Shown: piece by piece, positions 27,466 through 41,171 of the stretch | Layout: each line of letters opens with the position of its first letter | Numbering within the stretch: the first letter of the stretch is position 1 | From: Octopus vulgaris | Taxonomy: Eukaryota | Length of the DNA: 64,000 nucleotides | Assembly: GCA_951406725.2 (NCBI GenBank) | Contig: OX597836.1 | Span: forward strand, 18,600,001-18,664,000 | Direction: 5' to 3' | Program-made: the position numbers and the translations under genes | The notes under the pieces: generated by a model | Told to the model about the DNA's origin: nothing | The model's database searches: none | The model's input: only the letters and a program-made list of their open reading frames with translations

Positions 27466-27498
27466 ATAATGCTAAAAATATTAACAAAAAATATTAAC

Positions 27499-27530
<32 letters not shown>

Positions 27531-28275
27531 TAATAATAATGATAATCATAATAATCATGATAATAATAATAATCATGATAATTGTCATTATTATCATTAT
27601 AATACCAATAAGCACAATAATAGCAGCAGCAACAACAGCAACAACAACAATAGCAACAATAGTAATGATAATCTTTTCGGCCTTATCACATAATAGAAAC
27701 AACATTAATAAACGTCTCCAAAGAACAGGAGGTCTTCGAAATGGTGAGCATGAGTTATGCTGTTGCTCTGTTGTTGTTGTTATTTTGGTTTCTGTTGCTG
27801 CTGCTGCTCATGTTGTTGTTGTTGTTGTTGTTGCTGTTTTAGCACTTATCAAAGAATTCATTTATTTCTAGAACCCATTAAAAAAGGAATATTTTTTTGC
27901 TCGGTGCAATCTTCTGTTTCCCTTAAGCCAAATTATCAATCTAGCTTCGTCGCAACCATCAGCATCATCATCATCATCGCCCACCAGAACTACTAGTAGC
28001 AAAATCACCAACAATAGCAACATCACTTGTACCAACACCAATTCCACCACTGCTAGCAACGTCAACAACTATAATATCCACACACCGACAACACCTAAGG
28101 TAGTAATGCTATGGGCAACAAGAACAATAAAAACAACAACACCAGCATCCACCACCACCGCAGGAAACTACAACCACTACAGCACTAGTAATATCATGGG
28201 CAATAACAATCCATCACTACCAACAACTCTACTGTGACCAATAACAACAACAACAACGCAACCAAGACCAATAAC

Positions 28276-28830
28276 TATTTCTTTACTGCCCACAAGGGGC
28301 TAAACACAGAGGGGACAAACAAGGACAGACACACGGATTAAGTCGATTAGATCGACCCCAGTGCATAACTGGTACTTATTTAATCGACTCCGAAAGGATG
28401 AAAGGCAAAGTCGACCTCGGCGGAATGTGAACTCAGAAGGTAGCGGCAGACGAAATACCTATTTCTTTACTACCCACAAGGGGCTTAAACACAGAGGGGA
28501 CAAACAAGGACAGACACACGGATTAAGTCGATTATATCGACCCCAGTGCGTAACTGGTACTTATTTAATCGACCCCGAAAGGATGAAAAGCAAAGTCGAC
28601 CTCGACGGAATTGGAACTCAGAACGTAGCGGCAGACGAAATACCTATTTCTTTACTACCCAAAAGGTGCTAAACACAGAGGGGACAAACAAGGACAGACA
28701 CACGTATTAAGTCGATTATATCGACCCTAGTGCATAACTGGTACTTATTTAATTGATCCCGAAAGGATGAAAAGCAAAGTCGACCCCGGCAGAATTTGAA
28801 CTCAGAACGTAGCGGCAGACGAAATACCTA
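28276..28830 (-). mobile_element. SINE family B tandem array (three headless units, ~185-bp period)
   Basis: Repeated GCAGACGAAATACCTATTTCTTTACTACCC junctions. Confidence 0.92.
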
Positions 28831-29227
28831 TATCGAAAAGTATTTTGTAAGAAGTTCCAGCGACAGACAAAGGCAAATTGAAGGACGGCAGAATCGATCT
28901 GAGTATAGTACTGGTACTATATTTATCGTTCCTCGATTCTTGCTTGGATTCCAACTCGGAACCAATACTGTAATGCATTTTATCCAATGTTTTAACGACT
29001 CTTGCACCACCGATAATGATAACCGCCATGCCACATGCAGGACTGCTTTATTCCGTCCATTTGAAAGACAATATGGCTACCGTATTAAGGAGAATTTTGG
29101 TTGCCATTTTACAGTAGAATCAGCGACTTCATCTGCCTCTTGTTGTTAGCGCAACGTCTTTTCATCTACAACAGCGACCAACATTCTCACCGCCACCACC
29201 AGCATTTCAACTTCTACTACTGCAACT

Positions 29228-29301
29228 AAGAAGAAGACGAAGAAGAAGAAGAAGAAGAAGAAGAAGAAGAAGAAGAAGAAGAAGAAGAAGAAGAAGAAGA
29301 A

Positions 29302-29333
<32 letters not shown>

Positions 29334-29602
29334 CGAAGAAGAAGAAGAAGAAGAAGAAGAAGAAGAAGAAGACGAAGAAGAAGAAGAAGAAGAAGAAGAA
29401 GAAGAAGACGAAGAAGAAGAAGAAGAAGACGAAGAAGAAGAAGAAGAAGAAGAAGAAGAAGAAGACGAAGAAGAAGAAGAAGACGAAGAAGAAGAAGAGG
29501 AAGAAGACGAAGAAGAAGAAGACGAAGAAGAAGAAGAAGAAGAAGAAGAAGACGAAGAAGAAGAAGAAGAAGAAGAAGAAGAAGAAGAAGAAGAAGAAGA
29601 AG
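29228..29602. repeat. (GAA)n microsatellite with GAC/GAG interruptions
   Basis: Directly visible. Confidence 0.97.
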
Positions 29603-30438
29603 ATCATAATCATCATCATCATCATCACTATCATCATCATGATCGGTCGATATATCGTGAGCTCTGGGTCGTCTGCTTTTTAACTGTAACATAAAAGAAA
29701 ATTGTGTAGTCAAAAACCGATGGACTTCGTTGCGTCTCTCTGGTGTCTGGTGTCTGGCGTCCAACACATGGCATCTGATGCTAAAACTTCTTCGATATCT
29801 GAACAAAAGGACGAAAAGTAATAGAGAGAATTCTTTCATTCATTCGTTTATTTATTTATTGCCGTACATTAATTCTAAGAGAATGTATCTTGAAATTTCG
29901 AAACCCGAGGCAAATTCTACTATGAATGTAAAAAATTTTGTACATGGCTTTTTTACTCTTTTTTTCGGTTTTTTTTTGTATGGTGTGGGAATGGGGGAGT
30001 TTAAGTTTTGGAAGTAGGGTACTATAGCTTTATCTTTCCAATATTTTTTAAACAATTTTCAGTTCACAAATGGAGTTTCGTAAACTAAAATATAAATTAT
30101 AATGGAAGTATGTAATATAAATGAAAAAACCGTAAAACACGCGCATGCGCACGCATATACAGTAGGAGTAGAAGTTAAAAGGATGTGTCTGAGAATATTT
30201 ATGTGCTTATCTATGTGTAAATGTGTTGAGATTTACTTATGTTAAATAATTTTTTTTAACATTTGAGCTCGAAGAAGATAAAGCTATAAATAATAGCATT
30301 CTAATTTATAGTTTTATGTATAAATAATAGTCCAACCAATAAAATGAAACGAATTATTTCATATCCTCTCGAAATATCTACATTTTTGTGACGTAAACAA
30401 CACACATAAACACACACTCACACACACAGACCCACACT

Positions 30439-30506
<68 letters not shown>

Positions 30507-31020
30507 TAAATAAAACATATGCATATATATATATACATATATGTACGTACTTACCTCTACATGTATATATACACGCATATATGAGTACAGTACACCAAAA
30601 AAATGTCGAACACAATGAGAAACGAAAACATAGACACAAACTCAAGGAACTGGACATTTTTCTTAAACAACAAAAAAATAGAGTACAGGACAAATAACAC
30701 AAGGAAAAAAACCCTTCTTCAGTCGCCATGGTTTCATCTACTCTTCGTTTCGAAGGTGAAGGCGAGATGTATCTTCGATAGAAACTTTCCTTCTTGCGAA
30801 AAGCAAATCAAATAAAATTTTAGATCTTTTTGCAGAGGGGTTAAAATGGTAACACAAACAGGACATGAAGACGAAACTATATATGTTATACAGTTAGAGA
30901 ATTATATGTATGTATATATACACACAGAGTGTAAAGTACAAAAATATTATACTCACACTGCTTTCATTCTCTCTTTATATATGTGTGCATATACATACAC
31001 ACACAAAGACACACACAAAG

Positions 31021-31244
31021 ACTACCCACAAGGGGCTAAACACAGAGGGGACAAACAAGGACAGACAAACGTATTCAGTCGATTACATCGACTCCATTGC
31101 GTGGCTGGTACTTAATTTATCGACCCCGAAAGGATGAAAGGCAAAGTCGACCTCGGCAGAATTTGAACTCAGAACGTAACGACAGACGAAATACGGCTAC
31201 GCATTTCGTCCGGCGTGCTAAAGCTTCTGCCAGCTCGCCGCCTT
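31021..31244 (-). mobile_element. SINE family B
   Basis: Reverse-complement match to the other family B copies. Confidence 0.9.
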
Positions 31245-31558
31245 CACTCACATACTTATTTTCAGATAAAGGACGTGAAGCCCACGGTTCAATATCAAGG
31301 TCAATGCAAGATACATAGATAGTGTTTATTCAGATATTAAACTACGTGTGACCTTACGGGAGCACAATTATTTCAGGACGTGATCAAATCTTGTCAAACA
31401 TGCTAACTTTTGGCAATATAAGATCACCTGATGAAACAATTCTCTGCTGTAAGCGTCACACTTATTAGATAAAGCTGATTGTGTGCGTGTATATTTATAT
31501 ATATGTATGTATATAGACAGGTAGACAGACAGATAGACTGACAGACAGACATGTAGAT

Positions 31559-31601
<43 letters not shown>

Positions 31602-32424
31602 AAGACGGAGAGACAGAGAGACAGAGAGACAGAGAGACAGAGAGACAGGCAGACAGAGGGTGAGATAATGTCTATTTCTTTATGGGAAGATGCTGAATAT
31701 CAAGCGATTAAGTAATGATATGGTGGCGAATTCAACAGCGCAAAAATTTATTATTAAGGAAAAGAACGGCGTGAAAAACGAATACAGGTGTAGCATTGAA
31801 ACAGCGTACAGAGCCGTAGAGAAGAGAGCAAAGATCTAATTCAATAGAACGGTTGAGGGCTGACACACAGCATGGAGGGAATGCTTTGGATAAAAGGAGG
31901 ATTATTTTGGAGGGAAAAATAACTGGAAATGTTACAGCCAGCTCGAAATCAAAACGAACTGAGGTGACAAATTGTTATCGTTTTGCCTTAGAGGCGTGTT
32001 CGACTGTCTCTTTGAAGTATCATTATTACCAAAGAGTTTTCTATAAATTACGCTAGAAAATGCAATTATCGCAGAAATTACAGCGGAATCAAACAAGAGG
32101 TTAGTTAGCAAATTGGATCCCAAAACCATTCTGTTGGAATTCAAAATAATGATCAATTAGGTTGATCTCTGTTTTATATTTCCGTTCATTGAAACATATA
32201 CATCCTGACATACATAAATACATACATACATTCATACATACATACATGCATACATAAGCATGTATTCACACACTTCCACATGCAGGTATACAGGCACGTA
32301 TATGAATGGATGACTCTATAATCATATAGATAGACAGATAGAAAAGCAGAAACAGAGATAGGTAGATATATATATACACACACATGCACATGAGCACGTA
32401 ATATATTTATGCATGTAAGTATGC

Positions 32425-32466
<42 letters not shown>

Positions 32467-32527
32467 GTATGTGTGTGTATGTATATATATATACATCTAT
32501 ATATGTATATATATACATCTATATATG

Positions 32528-32558
<31 letters not shown>

Positions 32559-32744
32559 GTGTGTGTGTCTGTGTGCATGTCTGTATATATATATACATCT
32601 ATATATGTATATATATAGATATATATATATATTTATATACTTATACATATATATACACACACACACATGTATATAGGTATGTACAGACTTGTAATGGTAG
32701 ATAATGTGCATATTTAGGTATACACACATAGATATGTGTGTATG

Positions 32745-32793
<49 letters not shown>

Positions 32794-32858
32794 ATACTTA
32801 TAACAATATATATATGTATGTGTGTAGATAAATAGATAAACAGACAGACAGACAGATT

Positions 32859-33044
<186 letters not shown>

Positions 33045-33500
33045 TAGTTAGATATCCAAGTATGAATGTGTGCATGCAAGCATACATGCGACGTATATCA
33101 ATGAAAATTTGCGTGAAGGTATCTGAACGCCATTTTTAACGTATGTTTTTCGCGTTCGATAATCGTGTGAAAGAGACGATGTGAAATAATGGTAACCGGG
33201 AAGACGGGAAGGTGTGTGTCAGTGAGAGAATGGTAAAGGAAGGAGTGGGTGTCAGTAAGATGGGTTGCGGTTCTGGTCAGGGAAGAATTACATTCCCTTC
33301 GTTCAGCATCGATATCGAGTTAATAATACACAGAGATTACGAACACATGAACATTGCGATGTCTCTCACGCTATCTCTGGAACTAACATTGCATATGTAC
33401 ATATATGCATACATACGCATATATATATATATATATATGCAAGTACATACACACATATATATATGCATATAAACATTCATATGTACATCTATATGTATAC

Positions 33501-33532
<32 letters not shown>

Positions 33533-33646
33533 ATGTATATAATATATATGTGTGTGCGTATATATATGTATGTATATGCATGCATACGTGTATATTCACA
33601 TATATGTATACATTTGCATATATGCTCATATATGTTTATATATACA

Positions 33647-33691
<45 letters not shown>

Positions 33692-33709
33692 TTATAGAGA
33701 GAGGTAGAA

Positions 33710-33755
<46 letters not shown>

Positions 33756-34177
33756 TGAGTGAGTGAGTGAGTGAGTGAGTGAGAGAGAGGAAAACACAAG
33801 AAGAGAGCAGCACATCTACAAACGCACAAGCTAAGAAACAGTTTGATGTAATCACATATGTGCACAAGCATGTGTGTTTCGAGACGGTAATAATGCGTGT
33901 TCCCACTCTGTAGAAGAAGCTCCGGTGTAATTTTCAGTAGAACTGAAACAAGCGCCGTAATTCTGGATGCAGCAAGACAAAACGCAGATTCCTCAGATCT
34001 GTCAGTTGACAAATCTATGATGCGAGGCATCGGAATCGACCAGAACTCTTTATTTGTTAAAGTCTCGAGTAGAAAAAAGTAGTTGTCGTACATATACAGA
34101 GAGAGAGGCACAAACATACGCATATACGTCTATATATACATATGTATTTATGTATCACACACACATATATATATATA

Positions 34178-34230
34178 CAGTAATATCTCGCTATATCGCG
34201 GTTCACCTCTCTCGGTTTATTATTTAAGCT
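34178..34230 (+). mobile_element. Single pogo/Tigger-like terminal repeat
   Basis: TA-CAGTAATATCTCGCTATATCGCGGTTCAC resembles pogo-type ends; no partner TIR seen. Confidence 0.4.
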
Positions 34231-34395
34231 TACGTCGATGCCTCCGTGGTATTGCTTTGCCTTTATAATAAAATAAGTATATACAAATTATGAAAATAAT
34301 TTTTAAAATATGATTAAGTAATATGCAAAATAATAAATAAAATGTATATATATATTTGCTATATATAAATAAAGCGTATATATATACATATAAAC

Positions 34396-34440
<45 letters not shown>

Positions 34441-34563
34441 CACCATATATATACATTTTATTTATCATTTTGCACATTACTTAATCATCGGTATATTATT
34501 TTTTATCTGATATTTAATATTTTTATTATATGTAATTTTCTATATTTTTGAATTGATTAAAGG

Positions 34564-34594
<31 letters not shown>

Positions 34595-34600
<6 letters not shown>

Positions 34601-34795
34601 ATCCAAACAAGAAAACACAAAAACACACAACAATGCGAGAACGTGGAACAAATATAGTATTATTGGACGCTCAGGAAAGAAGGAAAGAAGGAGGGTTTAA
34701 CATTTCGAGTTATCGTCGGAAACAGGAGAAGGAAAGATCCAGAGAAGAGAAGACAGAGGAAAAAAAATCGCCAACAGTACACACGAGGTCACATT

Positions 34796-34797
<2 letters not shown>
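34595..34797 (-). mobile_element. Short Penelope-like terminal element with a decayed hammerhead at 34695-34723
   Basis: Minus strand GTTT-CCGACGA-TAACTC-GAAA-TG-TT-AAAC; (TA)n flanks. Confidence 0.4.
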
Positions 34798-34831
<34 letters not shown>

Positions 34832-35594
34832 ATATATACTGATTTGTATATATATATATATATATATATATCAGTAGGTGCCGTTTGGGCAAAAGTCGCT
34901 TCGCAACATGAGATCTGGGAACGATCCAAGTATGTGACTTCTTGGGGAAAGAACAATTTTCTGTTGCCTCAAGTGGATCTATATGGACTAAAATGCAGCC
35001 ACTAAGATGACGACTGGGTGATCAATGTATCGTTCTTTTTATCTTGCGAGATTTAGAAATCCTCGTTGAAACGGATGGCGATTTTAGGATTTACAGTGGT
35101 ATAACAGCATTAACTGCAAATATAGTAGCATGCTAGTGAAAGGTCCGTGGCATGTATCGAACTATCATTCTGAAACCTAGAAAATTAACGTAGATGCATC
35201 AATCGAAGTAAGTGAAACATCATTTCTCTCGGAAAATCCGCACCTTTGAGGAAGTGCAAAACTCCGAAACGTTATGTTCAACAATGCGAACAAAGATTGA
35301 CTGATCAAACCCTTCTATAAATTTAACTACTAAGTAATTATTTCTAACGCAGACCGCTACCAGTTTATTGTATTCTAAACTTTACCTTATAATATTGCTA
35401 AGATATCTAGTAAGTAAGCCAATAAGATTAAATATCAAACATTGTGGTCAGCATAACAGAGAAGCAGCGTGAGATATTAGTTGCTAGGATTATTAGATCG
35501 ATAAATCCCTATGATGGATAATTTACTTGTCAACGACATTCGTTCTATCTTTGCTTGTTTAATTATATAACGTGCTACGTCATAAAGAAGATGA

Positions 35595-35631
<37 letters not shown>

Positions 35632-35914
35632 TGAGATGGGCAGTTAGGTAGGTAGATATAAAGATAGATGAATAGATAGATAGATAAATAGACAGATAGC
35701 ATTTCACAGAGTATTAATTGTTAAATGATGGCATCATTATTAGTTACATAGTGTGTGTGTGTGTGTGTTTGCCAGTGTGTGACCGTGTGTATGTATACAT
35801 ATATACATGCGTGTATATGCGTACATACTCACATACGTAACACACACACATAAACACACACATATATATTAAAAATAGAGAGATAGACGAAGGACTAGAT
35901 AGACCCCCCCCCCA

Positions 35915-36251
35915 TGTGTCTTGGGTTCGCCTCCACTGCACAGCACCCTGCGCAAGTGTCTTCTACTACATTCGCAGGTCATCAAAAACCTTGTGAGAAG
36001 ATTTGGTAGATGGAAACTGATTCAAATGCGTATTATATAAAAACAGTGTGCGTGTATGTGTGCGTGTATGTTTGACCCTTACCAAATTTTGCCAACTGGA
36101 GTTTGTTTACGTCCCCGTAACTTACCACTAGAATATTCTAAGAAAAATTAGTATTGGAGCAGATGAGTTTGGCTTGAACTCTTCAAGAGATTCCACTATC
36201 GTGGCCGTATGCAGTCCCCTAACTGAATCAAGTAAAAGATAAAGATAAAAG
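35915..36251 (+). mobile_element. SINE family C, diverged
   Basis: GCAAGTGTCTTCTACTAC...CTTGTGAGAAGATTTGGTAGATGGAAACTGA...GTTTACGTCCCCGTAACTTA...AAGTAAAAGATAAAG. Confidence 0.75.
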
Positions 36252-36343
36252 ATTTATATATATATATCTATCTATCTATTTATATATATGTATATATGTA
36301 TATATATATATATACATATATACATGTATATATGTATATATGT

Positions 36344-36402
<59 letters not shown>

Positions 36403-36433
36403 TACATATATACATGTATATATGTATATATAT

Positions 36434-36529
<96 letters not shown>

Positions 36530-36536
36530 ATGAACA

Positions 36537-36765
36537 CGGCGAGCTGGCAGAAACGTTAGCGCGCCGGGCGAAATTATTTGCGGTATTTCCTCTGTCGTTA
36601 CGTTCTGAGTTCAAATTCCGCCGTGGTCGACTTTGCCTTTCATCCTTTCGGGGTCGATAAATTAAGTACCAGTTTCGCACTGGTGTCGATGTAATCGACT
36701 TAATCCCTTTGTCTCTCCTTGTTTGTCCCCTCTATGTTTAGCCCCTTGTGGGTAGTAAAGAAATA
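36537..36765 (+). mobile_element. SINE family B
   Basis: Full head-to-tail match to the family. Confidence 0.9.
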
Positions 36766-36860
36766 TATATATACACGCACTCACTCACTTTGAGAGAGAT
36801 GACACAAAATTTGCGTGGAAGAAAACTGGAAGACAATTTGCGTGTGACAGCTAAAAAGGA

Positions 36861-37214
36861 CACGTGATCTGCTTCTATATAAGCCCAAAACAAAAACAAA
36901 GTAGCAGACAATGTGAATGCGTCGAAGCTTAATGATCAAACTTGCTCGAGGCCGTGGAGATTAAGCATAAAAGCAAAAATGGCGACTGCTTTACAGAACC
37001 GCTAATATCCCTGAGCTTTCAACTGGCGTTAGACAAAATCGTTCGAAGCTGGATGAAGCATTGAAGGGAGAGAGAAAGTAAAAGAAGTGGAAAATCAAAC
37101 ATATTACAAGGAATTTGCATAAATTTGCATAGATATGACAAGACTAGCAACAGTGTTTAACCTATGACATTGTTATATCAATATATTTACTTGGCATTTG
37201 ACGGTGTTACGTCA
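36861..37214 (+). promoter_or_regulatory. Candidate cis-regulatory island
   Basis: CACGTG at 36861, TATATAAG at 36876, AAAATGGCGAC at 36976, ATTTGCAT at 37113 and 37123, TTACGTCA at 37207, in repeat-free sequence; motif evidence only. Confidence 0.3.
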
Positions 37215-37708
37215 AACTATTTATCTGTGATTTGACACTCTTGTATCTAACAGCTTAGTTTGAAACTTCATGGAGTTATGCCGATGTATCTTACTATGTA
37301 TGTGCGTGTGCGTGTGTGTGCGTGTGTGGGCGTGTGTCTGTGTGTCTAAGACTGTTTGCATTTATGTGTTTGCACGCATATAAATGTGAATATACACATA
37401 TTTAGACGTATCTCTATATGCACATATATATAAACACTCGTACAGAGAAATCAATGTGTATGTATAGTTTCACAAGTATGAAACATGTACACACACACAC
37501 ATGCACACGCATATCTGCATAGAGTAGAAGAGAGCGAGAGAGAGAGAGAGAGGGAGTGAGAGTGAGAGTGAAAGGTAGCGAGTGAAAAACACAAAAGAGA
37601 TGGCCATAATAGGACATCTAAACTGCTAGAAGGAGTAGTTAAAATCGAAACCACTCTTAGGGATAATTTCGAAAGGGAATGAAAAATAAAAACATTTACT
37701 ATCTATTA

Positions 37709-37741
37709 CCTATACCATAGTTTCAAGCTATCTTCAGCAAA
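37709..37741 (-). ncRNA. Minimal hammerhead motif (33 nt)
   Basis: Minus strand TTTG-CTGAAGA-TAGCTT-GAAA-CTATGG-TA-TAGG; stems rely on G-U pairs. Confidence 0.5.
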
Positions 37742-37767
37742 TAAAATAATTTGCTAGGCGCAGCTAT

Positions 37768-37807
<40 letters not shown>

Positions 37808-37810
<3 letters not shown>

Positions 37811-37950
37811 AGAGTAAACACATAAATGTGAAACAAGGTGGAAAAAAGAGTACTCAAAAAGAGTACTCTAGCAAAAACTGTCTGATGAACGGCAACGAGA
37901 AACTCAGAGTAACAGATTTTGTTGAATTTTCTGCTGCTTAAAATAAAGTA
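37808..37950 (+). mobile_element. Hammerhead-bearing short element, family X (motif at 37873-37920)
   Basis: AAAAACTGT-CTGATGA-ACGGCAACGA-GAAA-CTCAGAG-TA-ACAGATTTT; (TA)n flanks. Confidence 0.75.
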
Positions 37951-37967
37951 TATATATATATATATAT

Positions 37968-38130
37968 GTATGACGAGCTTCTTCCAGTTTCCATCGACCA
38001 AATCCTCTCACAAGGCATTGGTTGGCCCATTGCTACAGTAAAAGACACTTGGCCCAGATGCCACGCAGTGGGATTGAATCCGGATCCTTGTGGTTGGAAA
38101 GCAAGCTTCTTACCACACAGCCATGCCTGC
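37968..38130 (-). mobile_element. SINE family C, 5' half
   Basis: Minus-strand tRNA-like head GCAGGCATGGCTGTGTGGTAGAAAGCTTGC...GGATTCAATCCCACTGCGTGGCA. Confidence 0.8.
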
Positions 38131-38131
38131 G

Positions 38132-38191
<60 letters not shown>

Positions 38192-38233
38192 TAAATATAT
38201 ATATATACACATACACACTCACACACATATACA

Positions 38234-38265
<32 letters not shown>

Positions 38266-38599
38266 TACACAGACATTCACGTGCACACATCTCCCTACTG
38301 TAGAATGCAAAACACTTAGCAAGTATTATTTCGCTTAGCGCAGAGCTAATGTGTCTAATATATTAATAATGCCCATTAACGTCCTTATCTTCTTCATAAG
38401 CGCCGCCATCTTTTTTCTGTCATCATCGTGATCATCATCTTGATCATCATATTCATCATCACTGCCATCATCATCATCATCATCATCATCATCACCACTA
38501 CCATTCTCTTATCATCAGTATCAGCATCATTATCATCATTACTACCGTGGGCTGTATTAAATATCATGATAAATATTTAAATGTTATTATTCTGACACG

Positions 38600-38796
38600 A
38601 GATGGCACGCTGAGCAAAATGCTTAGCGGCACTTCACCCGCCTTTGCGTTCTGAGTTCCAATTCCACCGCAGTTGACTCTACCTTTTTTTTATTCTTTCA
38701 AGATCGATAAATGAAGTAACATGTGAGTGCCGGAATCGAAATAATCGACTTATAGCCGGGCCCCGAAATTGCTGGCCTCACGCCAGAATTTGAAAC

Positions 38797-38797
<1 letters not shown>
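38600..38797 (+). mobile_element. Old SINE family B relative
   Basis: AAATGCTTAGCGGCACTTC...GTTCTGAGTTCCAATTCC...CCCCGAAATTGCTGGCCT tail running into (ATT)n. Confidence 0.7.
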
Positions 38798-38853
<56 letters not shown>

Positions 38854-38855
38854 CA

Positions 38856-38923
<68 letters not shown>

Positions 38924-38926
<3 letters not shown>

Positions 38927-39172
38927 TAGTTTTATTTTTATAGCGTGCTTTCACTTCACTACCGAGCGCAGCTCTGTGTGCCTTGGGTATGTGCTGTGAT
39001 TTGTTGTGATGCTCTGATGGTTATTGTATGGAAAGTGTTCTGCGTAGGATGTGTGCAGTGCCTAGTAGTGCAATTTTCTGTATGTTATATGTGTTTGTAA
39101 GTCCTGGTGTTTTTGTTATGTATTTGTCTGAGTATTTTTTTATCATGCCTAATGCACCTACTATGATAGGAA

Positions 39173-39177
<5 letters not shown>
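38924..39177 (-). mobile_element. 5'-truncated R4/Dong-clade LINE 3' end within (TAA)n
   Basis: Minus-strand translation TIPIIVGALGMIKKYSDKYITKTPGLTNTYNIQKIALLGTAHILRRTLSIQ*, typical of the REL-endonuclease ORF C-terminus; (TAA)n on both sides. Confidence 0.85.
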
Positions 39178-39245
<68 letters not shown>

Positions 39246-39249
39246 GTCT

Positions 39250-39647
39250 AAGGCGGCGAGCTGGCAGAAACGTTAGCACGCCGGGCGAAATGCTTAACGG
39301 TATTTCGTCTGATGTTACGTTCTGAGTTCAAATTCCGCCGAGGTCGACTTTGCCTTTCATCCTTTCGGGGTCGATTAAATGAGTACCAGCTATGCACTGG
39401 GGTTGATATAATCGACTTAATCCGTGTGTCTGTCCTTGTTTGTCCCCTCTGTGTTTAGCCCCTTGTGGGTAGTAAAGAAATAGGTATTTCGTCTGCCGCT
39501 ACGTTCTGAGTTCAAATTCCGCCGAGGTCGACTTTGTCTTTCATCCTTTCAGGGTCGATAAATTAAGTACCAGTTGCAAACTCGAGTCGATCAAAGCGAC
39601 TAGTCCCCTCCCCCAAATTTTCGGGCCTTGTGCCTAGAGGAGAAAAG
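39250..39647 (+). mobile_element. SINE family B: full unit plus re-entry unit with alternative tail
   Basis: First unit almost identical to the 19796 copy; ends CCCTCCCCCAAATTTTCGGGCCTTGTGCCTAG then (ATT)n. Confidence 0.9.
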
Positions 39648-39724
<77 letters not shown>

Positions 39725-39739
39725 CGTTATTATTATTAT

Positions 39740-40090
39740 ATGTTTGATTTTTACTTTGTATTTGTACAAGTCGATTCCACATCTAACCCAGAGGCCTTAA
39801 GAAACAAGAAGTTAGAGATTCAAGTTGGTGTTATGCCATATATTTGGTTTTGCACAAAGTATTGTTCTAGAGTGTGTTTAAGAAAACATAAGAAAATTAT
39901 AAGTTTGTTTTAAAATTTCGTTCCATATTTTGCCAATTTCTAATTCAAGATCTTTGTAGTAGCTCAGTTTTTGGTAGGTCTCGACAGATACACTTATGTC
40001 GATTGGGACAGTCATATCAATGAGGAGGCATGATTTTTGTCTGAAATCTTTCAATATAATGTCTGGCCTATTCGCATTTATCTCTATCAT
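39740..40090 (-). mobile_element. R4/Dong LINE REL-endonuclease fragment
   Basis: NANRPDIILKDFRQKSCLLIDMTVPID...KLSYYKDLELEIGKIW (PD..D restriction-like motif); tail runs into (TAA)n. Confidence 0.85.
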
Positions 40091-40099
40091 TTTTTTTAC

Positions 40100-41107
40100 A
40101 TTGGACATACAGGAATGTCGCGCATGAAAGCATTTATGAGAAGTTATGTGTACTGGCCGAAGATGGTTAAAGATATCGAAAATCTTGTAAGATATTGCAG
40201 AGGCTGTGCTCGGACAACGAAATCATCTACTGTAAGATATTAACCGTGGCCAAAGACTGAGTCACCGTGGTTTAGACTTCACTTAGACTTCGCTGGCCCA
40301 CTATATGGAAACTATTTTCTAGTAGTCGTGGGTAGCTTCACAAAATGGCCGGGAGCATGTAAATACACACTTCCCATATCCTCTGCGATAATTAATTTCC
40401 TTCATGAGATATTTTCTCGATATGGCATATCGGATACCATTGTAACCGATAATAGGACACAGTTTACAGGATCTCACTTCAGAGATTTCTGCCAGATGTT
40501 CCAAATTGATCATATAACCACACCACCATATCAACCAAATCAAATATTCAGGCGGAACGGTGCGTGGACATGTTCAAGAGGGCATTAAGGAAAGTGAACA
40601 ACGGAAGAATTGATGACCTGGCATTAATAAAATTTATTAGAGTATAGAGAGTTAACCCAAACACATCATCAGATAAATCCTCTGACAAACGAATATTCCT
40701 GAGAAAGATTAAGTCCATATTTGACAAACTGCTGTCAAACAGAAAGAAACTTGGAAAGTGCTACGCCGAGAAATTAGGCGAAAGTCGGCGAAAAAGTGCT
40801 TTTTAAAACGTACAAAATTGGAAAGCAATCATGGAGGGACGGTATTATTTGTAATAGGATTGGGAAAAATGATCTATATGGTAAAAAGGCAAAGGAACAA
40901 GTGTTCGATTTCAAAAGAAATGCAAACTAGTTGAGAAAAAGATACACCGAGGATAATGATAAAATAATTGAAGGACGGATGGATTTTATGTACACTGTGT
41001 TTAAAGTACCATTAGTAGATAAAAATGACTCACCCGTTCGGAGTAGTACTGGAAAGAGGAAATTTCCAGAGCCTTTAATGTTTGACTCAAAGAGGAAAAA
41101 GTACTGA
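40100..41107 (+). pseudogene. Gypsy LTR-retrotransposon integrase remnant
   Basis: GHTGMSRMKAFMRSYVYWP...CRGC zinc finger; PWFRLHLDFAGP; IVTDNRTQF; HITTPPY...SNIQAER; stops and frameshifts. Confidence 0.9.
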
Positions 41108-41171
41108 ACACCGTTCGGAGTTGATTTTATTTTTTAAGGCGCGATGTGGGGAGAAAGAAGAAAAATAAATA

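Noticed and set aside
30700-30775. Permuted hammerhead boxes in a short repeat related to ~53180-53300
   Set aside because: Stem I cannot pair; a similar failure applies to the CTGAAGA on the minus strand at ~17235
33692-34123. 143-aa ORF over a unique island
   Set aside because: No recognisable domain and no clear splice boundaries; ends in microsatellite
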